Origin: Nanobdellati archaeon
Lineage (GTDB): Archaea > EX4484-52 > GLR71
Assembly: GCA_019429125.1 (NCBI GenBank)
Contig: JAHYJO010000017.1
Coordinates: 1-22,084 of the forward strand
Direction: 5' to 3'
DNA length: 22,084 bases
Shown: positions 16,864-22,084 of the stretch, one piece after another
Numbering within the stretch: the first letter of the stretch is position 1
How the letters are laid out: every line of letters starts with the position of its first letter
Made by a program: the position numbers and the translations under genes
Notes under the pieces: model-generated
The model's input: only the letters and a program-made list of their open reading frames with translations
Database searches by the model: none
Told to the model about the DNA's origin: nothing

Positions 16864-18789
16864 ATGGCTGAAAAAAAGGTTAAAAAACCGGCAAGACATA
16901 TAAAAACTGTTACAAAGACACAGAAAAATACAGTCCCAAAAAAAAAGAATATGACTGAAACTGCACAAAAAAAAGAACCATTAACAACAAAAAGTGACAG
17001 GAACTCACTGCAGAAAGATAAGAACACCTGGATGCTTTCAACCGCAGTCCTTGCAATACTTCTAATTGCGTCAATGTTTACAGGTGGATTCAATTTCAAT
17101 AAGAGCAATGATTACGACACAACAATAGACCGCATAGACACACTTTTAAGTTCAGCAACAACTTCAGAGGCAAAGACCGCCCTTACAACTGCAAAAGAAG
17201 AATTGACAACAGCCCTTGTAGCCGAAAAAAAGATGATAACCTCGCCAAAAAACACAGTTAAAACCAACAACATTGATGACTCAGACAAACCAGTAACCTT
17301 AGACATGTATGTAATGAGCCAGTGCCCTTATGGTGTCCAGGCAGAAGACGGAGCAATACCAGCAGTAAAAAGACTTATAGATTCAGTTGATTACAACATA
17401 TATTTCATCGCAAACGAAAACGGTGACGGAACTTTCTCAAGTCTTCACGGTCAGCCAGAAGTTGACGAAAATCTAAGACAGGTATGCATAATAGACAAAT
17501 ATCCAGACCAAGCCCTCGACTACATCACCTGCCTCAACAAAAATTACAGAAACGCTGAAACTGCATGGAAAACATGTGCAACTGCAAACAATATAGACAT
17601 AAATGCAATAAACACCTGCCAGACAGGTGATGAAGGAAAAGCACTTTTATCAGAAAGCACAAAAAAATCAAAATCCGTAGGAGCATCAGGTTCACCGACA
17701 ATATACATAAACGACAAACCATACCAGCAAGGACGGGACACACAGTCATTCACTAGAGCAATATGTCAACTTGCACCTGAAAACCCCGCATGTGACTCAA
17801 TACCCACATGTTCATCAGACGCAGACTGCACAAAAACAGGATTTGTAGGCAAATGTATTGATGCCAACACAGAAACAGCTAAATGTGAGTACACACAGCC
17901 ACCTGTCGTTAACATAAAGGTATTAAATGATGAAACATGTGACGGCTGCGATACAGCAACGTTTAATAGCATAAATGAACAGATTTTCATAAACATAGAA
18001 ATAACAACAGTAGATGTATCAACTACTGAAGGTAAAGCGCTTCTTGCAGAACTGAACCCGCAAGTGATTCCAGTCTACCTTTTTGACGAGACAGTCCTTG
18101 AATCATCCGAATACCCAAGACTTGCACAGTTTTTCACAAAGAAAGGCGACTACTACATGTTAAGTTCTGAAATAGTGAGCCAATACATATCAAGCCCAAA
18201 ACTAGTAGGTAGAGACACAATAACAAACAAGCTAGACTTATTTGTTATGAGTGAATGCCCATACGGTGTCCAGGCAGAAAACAACATGAAAGAAGTAATT
18301 GACACATTCGGCAACAATATGAATTTCTCAATCCATTTCATAGCGACAGACAACGGTGACGGCACTTTCTCAAGTCTTCACGGTCAAAAAGAAGTAGATG
18401 AAAACATAAGACAGGTATGTGCAATCAAATACGCAGAAGATACATATTTTGACTATATACTTTGCCAGAACAAGAACTATGAAGCAGGACAAGACCTAGG
18501 AACTACCTGGAAAACTTGCGCAACAGAGACTTCAATTGACGTTGAAACTATAGATACATGTTTCACTGGTGATGAAGGTAAAGAACTGTTGCGTGCAAAC
18601 ATCGCATTGACAAATGAATTAGGCATTGGAAGTTCACCAACATTCCTTGTAAACAACCAAGTCAAGTTCGGTGGGGCACTGCCTGCAGACGAGATCAAGA
18701 CAAACTTCTGCGCAGTAAACAAAGACTCAGAAGGTTGTGAGACAACGCTATCCACAAATACAAACATCGCACCTTCAGGCGCTTGTTAA
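16864..18789 (+). CDS. Membrane-anchored multi-domain thioredoxin-fold protein with two GILT-like domains
   Basis: TM helix WMLSTAVLAILLIASMF. Two homologous domains MS[QE]CPYG...FSSLHGQ.EVDEN.RQVC...SPT (cis-Pro loop) flank a central CDGC domain. GGTGA SD upstream. Confidence 0.8.
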   Translation: MAEKKVKKPARHIKTVTKTQKNTVPKKKNMTETAQKKEPLTTKSDRNSLQKDKNTWMLSTAVLAILLIASMFTGGFNFNKSNDYDTTIDRIDTLLSSATTSEAKTALTTAKEELTTALVAEKKMITSPKNTVKTNNIDDSDKPVTLDMYVMSQCPYGVQAEDGAIPAVKRLIDSVDYNIYFIANENGDGTFSSLHGQPEVDENLRQVCIIDKYPDQALDYITCLNKNYRNAETAWKTCATANNIDINAINTCQTGDEGKALLSESTKKSKSVGASGSPTIYINDKPYQQGRDTQSFTRAICQLAPENPACDSIPTCSSDADCTKTGFVGKCIDANTETAKCEYTQPPVVNIKVLNDETCDGCDTATFNSINEQIFINIEITTVDVSTTEGKALLAELNPQVIPVYLFDETVLESSEYPRLAQFFTKKGDYYMLSSEIVSQYISSPKLVGRDTITNKLDLFVMSECPYGVQAENNMKEVIDTFGNNMNFSIHFIATDNGDGTFSSLHGQKEVDENIRQVCAIKYAEDTYFDYILCQNKNYEAGQDLGTTWKTCATETSIDVETIDTCFTGDEGKELLRANIALTNELGIGSSPTFLVNNQVKFGGALPADEIKTNFCAVNKDSEGCETTLSTNTNIAPSGAC

Positions 18790-18810
18790 GATAAAAGGTC
18801 AAACCCTTTA

Positions 18811-18830
18811 TCTCTTTTTTTTTCTTTTAT
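18811..18830 (+). terminator. Oligo-T archaeal-type terminator
   Basis: TCTCTTTTTTTTTCTTTTAT about 20 bp after the stop at 18789. Confidence 0.5.
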
Positions 18831-18858
18831 TTCAAATTTCTCAAATAATACAAAAAGA

Positions 18859-19194
18859 ATGATACCTATGAAAAAAAATAACATCCTAATCATACGACCC
18901 TGCCACACTAAAGGCATGATAATGGCAGAGGCACGAGTTTCAGACATCGACAATTATTATGATATGGAAAAATTAAATGCAATCCTAAAAGACAATAAAT
19001 ACTTTACAAACATCAACTATTCAAAAGATATAGACACAATATCATTCACATATGATACAAGACATATCTTCATCTTCTCAAACAGTTTCATAAGGATAAA
19101 ACAGGCAAAATCAAAAAAAGATGCAGAAGAAAGCTTTAACACAATTAAAGAAATAGCATCAGAAGCGATAAGGTCACAACCTAATTTTTCCTGA
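18859..19194 (+). CDS. Small alpha/beta protein resembling the C-terminal domain of the ThiF-like protein
   Basis: HIFIFSNSFIRIKQAKSKKDAEESF parallels DISIFNDGRAIIKNVKSIDEAKSIY. Single Cys in IRPCH. Confidence 0.6.
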   Translation: MIPMKKNNILIIRPCHTKGMIMAEARVSDIDNYYDMEKLNAILKDNKYFTNINYSKDIDTISFTYDTRHIFIFSNSFIRIKQAKSKKDAEESFNTIKEIASEAIRSQPNFS

Positions 19195-20401
19195 AAAAAT
19201 CAACTACTTTACCCAATGCTTCAATAAACACCTTGACCTCATCTTTTGTATTATAAATATATACAGATGCCCTAGCAGAACCATTTGGAAGCTTGTGTGC
19301 ATTAAACCAAGAGTGTACACAGTGCGCACCAGATCGCATCATTATAGATGACGACTGGTCCAGAAGCATAACAATATCATGCGGACTTATACCCTCAACA
19401 GAAAATGAAAGTATCCCCCCTCGCAAAGAAGCATCACCTGGACCTATTATATCAAGACCGGAAATATCTTTAATCCCAAGAGTCATAAGCTTATTAAGAT
19501 TCAACTCATGACGAGAAATATTATCAATGCCAATACCGCGAACATAATCAACTGCTGCAGAAAAACCAATTGCGCCAGCATAATCCTGCAACCCAGCCTC
19601 AAACCGTTCAGGCAATCCTGAAAGCTTATAGCCAGAATAAGTAGTGTCAATTACAGTATCACCCCCAACATTATGAGGGTTCAAATCAGACAGCAACTCT
19701 TTTTTCCCATAAAGCATTCCAATTCCTGACGGACCAAGCATCTTGTGCCCCGAACATGCAAAAAAGTCAACATCAAGCTTTTTAATATCAATTTTCTTAT
19801 GAGGAGCACTCTGCGCCCCGTCAAGCATGACAAGAGCACCATAGTCATGCGCAATCTTGATTATCTTCTCAGCAGGTATAGTGTACCCGTCAAGATTAGA
19901 TGTATGCACCATAGACACCAGCTTGACATCACGAGTCATCATGTCCTCAAAACGCGCCATATCAAAAGTATTGTCAACATTAGACTCAACAACCTTATGT
20001 TTAATCCCATCTCTTTCGGAACGCACAAGCCACGGCACAAGATTAGAGTTATGTTCTCGGTCAGTCGTAAGGACAACATCATCTTTCTTAAAATTCATAC
20101 CGCGCGACACAACATTTATCGCCTCAGTAGTATTTCTTGTAAATATGATTTCTGAAGAATCCCCAGCATTAAAAAAATGTTGAACATTTTCACGCGCACC
20201 ATTATAATTTTCAGTTACCATGCGTGCCATACTGTGAAGGCTTCTGCCTGCGCATCCAGGATATTCGACATAATATTCACATATCTTATCAATTACTTGC
20301 TGTGGTCTAAGCGTCATGCATGCATTATCAAAATAGACCGGAGGCTTACCAGAATTAAGTATTGGAAAATCCGCCCGTATCTTATCAGTATTCAATGCCA
20401 T
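19181..20401 (-). CDS. sufS: Cysteine desulfurase, SufS/CsdA group (PLP-dependent)
   Basis: YFDNA, FTRNTTEAIN, EHNSN, DGAQS, SGHKMLGPSGIG, RSGAHC, ARAS.YIYNT. Confidence 0.92.
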   Translation of the reverse strand: MALNTDKIRADFPILNSGKPPVYFDNACMTLRPQQVIDKICEYYVEYPGCAGRSLHSMARMVTENYNGARENVQHFFNAGDSSEIIFTRNTTEAINVVSRGMNFKKDDVVLTTDREHNSNLVPWLVRSERDGIKHKVVESNVDNTFDMARFEDMMTRDVKLVSMVHTSNLDGYTIPAEKIIKIAHDYGALVMLDGAQSAPHKKIDIKKLDVDFFACSGHKMLGPSGIGMLYGKKELLSDLNPHNVGGDTVIDTTYSGYKLSGLPERFEAGLQDYAGAIGFSAAVDYVRGIGIDNISRHELNLNKLMTLGIKDISGLDIIGPGDASLRGGILSFSVEGISPHDIVMLLDQSSSIMMRSGAHCVHSWFNAHKLPNGSARASVYIYNTKDEVKVFIEALGKVVDFFRKN

Positions 20402-20485
20402 AAAAACTACCTACACACAATACATAACAGTGTTATATTTATAAGGTTTTTGATTATGGCAAACAAAAATCTGCACCTACAATCA

Positions 20486-20496
20486 CATATATAAAA
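20486..20496 (+). promoter_or_regulatory. TATA box of tRNA-Cys promoter
   Basis: CATATATAAAA about 30 bp upstream of the tRNA. Confidence 0.55.
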
Positions 20497-20524
20497 TTAA
20501 CTCAGCAATTAAATCATAATCAAT

Positions 20525-20598
20525 GCGGAGATAGTCTAGTTCGGTAGGGCGGTTGACTGCAGATCAACATATCGTGAGTTCAAATCTCACTCTTCGCT
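20525..20598 (+). tRNA. tRNA-Cys (GCA), intron-less, CCA not encoded
   Basis: Acceptor GCGGAGA/TCTTCGC with U discriminator. Anticodon arm GTTGA-CTGCAGA-TCAAC. T arm GTGAG-TTCAAAT-CTCAC. Followed by a T-run. Confidence 0.96.
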
Positions 20599-20678
20599 TT
20601 TCTTTTTAAAAAAATACAGATTAAGACAATAACAAATAAGATGTATAAAAAAATAGATAAAAATAAAGTAAAATATAG

Positions 20679-20937
20679 GTACTTGTTTAACAAAAAAATA
20701 ATCAATATGCCTCGGCCGTTATGATGTGATTCTCAATAAGTTATAATTTTTACAAAATCAATAGCTAACGCTTAAAAATGTGTTGTTAAAAAATCTTAAA
20801 AATTATTTAATCTTATTTTTATAAAATCGATAGCTTGCACCCAACTTAAAAAAGCATAAATATAATTATTTTAAAAAATAGTAGTTATCTCTTAAAAAAT
20901 CAAAATTAAGCAAGACAAAAATTAGCTAAACAAATAC
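20679..20937. mobile_element. MITE family A, copy 2 (259 bp)
   Basis: TIRs GTACTTGTTTAAC / GCTAAACAAATAC. Perfect 8-bp target duplication AAATATAG (20671-20678, 20938-20945). About 22 differences from copy 1 by hand alignment. Confidence 0.9.
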
Positions 20938-20999
20938 AAATATAGTAATAACTATCAAAACAAAAACCGTCGAAAAAAACTCAAAGAATTATTTCTAGT

Positions 21000-21137
21000 T
21001 TATTCGTTTATAGTTGCGCTAAACTGGGACCCACGGAATTTGATTATTTTATTTATTCTTTCAACTTCCCTAAAGTTACCCATACCTAGCATCTCTCTCT
21101 TCATTGCCATTAGTTGTTCTAAACTGATATGTATCAC
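21000..21137 (-). CDS. Possible 45-aa small protein or gene remnant
   Basis: GTG-led frame MIHISLEQLMAMKREMLGMGNFREVERINKIIKFRGSQFSATINE* in a locally coding-like patch. No recognised family. Confidence 0.3.
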   Translation of the reverse strand: MIHISLEQLMAMKREMLGMGNFREVERINKIIKFRGSQFSATINE

Positions 21138-21300
21138 CGTATTTAAATATTAAAAAACAGAAGTACTGTTATTCAAATATTTTTATTTTAAGTTAAAATA
21201 AATTTCATCTGCAATAAAACAAATAAAGATATATAGGATAACTAAAGTATATAAAGGTTTCGCTAACAAAAACATATCACTATATAACCATTTTGGTTTT

Positions 21301-21957
21301 TCAGTTAAAAAACTCAGTTTCAATATATTTAGTAATTTTATTCCAGCAGTCAAAAGATGCATCTGCTACATTCCGGACCTCAGAAGTCTTGGGACAAAAA
21401 GCAATACTATGTCCAGCGACATTCATCGCAGATATATCATTTTCATGATCACCTATAAAAAGAACTTGACTTAACGGCACATTAAATTTCTCAGCCAACT
21501 CAACAAGTTTCTTATCCTTATCCCACAGTTGAACTATTGTCTTTGCAGTACCAGTAAAAGCACCATCAATTACATCAAGCTTGTTTGCCACAGAAAAATC
21601 TAACAAAAGATCCTCTTTAACCCTGTCAGCCACAAAATCAACACCACTTGAAAGAAGCCCACATAGACAATTCATCTTTTTAAGAAAGTCCACAGTATCT
21701 TTCACACCATCAGCATAAGGTGGTGGAAAAATAGATTTGCCTATCTCGGAAATTTTAATCCCAATAAGGAGTTCAGCATTTTTCTGCAACCATTCATCAT
21801 ACTTATCTTTACGAGGGTAATAATAATCACAGATTCTATCATGTTCTTCTTTGTGGCCACTTGCATCACCTATTGCATCCCAACTGCTGTGCCACCTGCC
21901 ACCATACTTAACAACAGTACCATCAAGATCAAAAACTGCAAGCTTTATTTTACCCAT
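21301..21957 (-). CDS. HAD-superfamily phosphatase, phosphoserine phosphatase (SerB)-like
   Basis: VFDLDGT, LLSSG, ANKL...FTG, FIGDHENDISAM. Confidence 0.88.
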   Translation of the reverse strand: MGKIKLAVFDLDGTVVKYGGRWHSSWDAIGDASGHKEEHDRICDYYYPRKDKYDEWLQKNAELLIGIKISEIGKSIFPPPYADGVKDTVDFLKKMNCLCGLLSSGVDFVADRVKEDLLLDFSVANKLDVIDGAFTGTAKTIVQLWDKDKKLVELAEKFNVPLSQVLFIGDHENDISAMNVAGHSIAFCPKTSEVRNVADASFDCWNKITKYIETEFFN

Positions 21958-22084
21958 ATATAGTCAAAGCGACAAATAATTAGAAAGTTTATGTGTAAAA
22001 AACCCATTTACCCATAATTTACTTAAACTACTCAACAACTCTGTTTTTTTAGAGAATGAATACAGTTGTAATAATTCTTGTCTT

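Noticed and set aside
889-20494. Short antisense or overlapping ORFs in the track (e.g. 889-1158, 5773-6024, 12283-12666, 14629-15195, 19745-20155)
   Set aside because: They are shadows of well-supported genes or pseudogenes, with no motifs of their own.
3805-20937. Composite transposon or island bounded by the two MITE-A copies, or island integrated at tRNA-Cys
   Set aside because: Each copy has its own distinct TSD, the interior holds core genes, and no duplicated tRNA 3' end or integrase is seen.
21964-22083. Possible 3' end of a minus-strand gene at the window edge
   Set aside because: Only 39 open codons and no recognisable motif, so it cannot be supported.

Overview
AT-rich archaeal chromosomal segment, probably from a DPANN-type archaeon (inferred from TATA-box promoters, archaeal-type AdkA and MinD, and a tRNA lacking encoded CCA). 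The left ~8 kb is accessory and decaying. It holds the 3' end of a type I R-M hsdR followed by an attC-like hairpin, an RhlE-like DEAD-box helicase whose 3' end is duplicated ~900 bp downstream, two pseudogenes missed by the ORF track (SemiSWEET/PQ-loop and DUF523/TudS-like), an apparently intact DDE insertion sequence, and three kinds of non-autonomous mini-elements. The right part is metabolic/housekeeping: form II/III RuBisCO divergent from adenylate kinase, an HxlR regulator with an Fe-S protein, MinD, a frameshifted PRTase, ThiF/MoeB with a THUMP-less ThiI-like enzyme, GT2, a membrane-anchored twin GILT-like thioredoxin-fold protein, SufS, tRNA-Cys and a HAD phosphatase. The most striking signal is a perfect 29-bp duplication of a gene start flanking a 37-bp GC-rich insert (5498-5592). 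This is the geometry expected of an off-target Cas1-Cas2 spacer integration (a natural 'neo-CRISPR'). All calls come from reading the sequence by hand; no searches were run.
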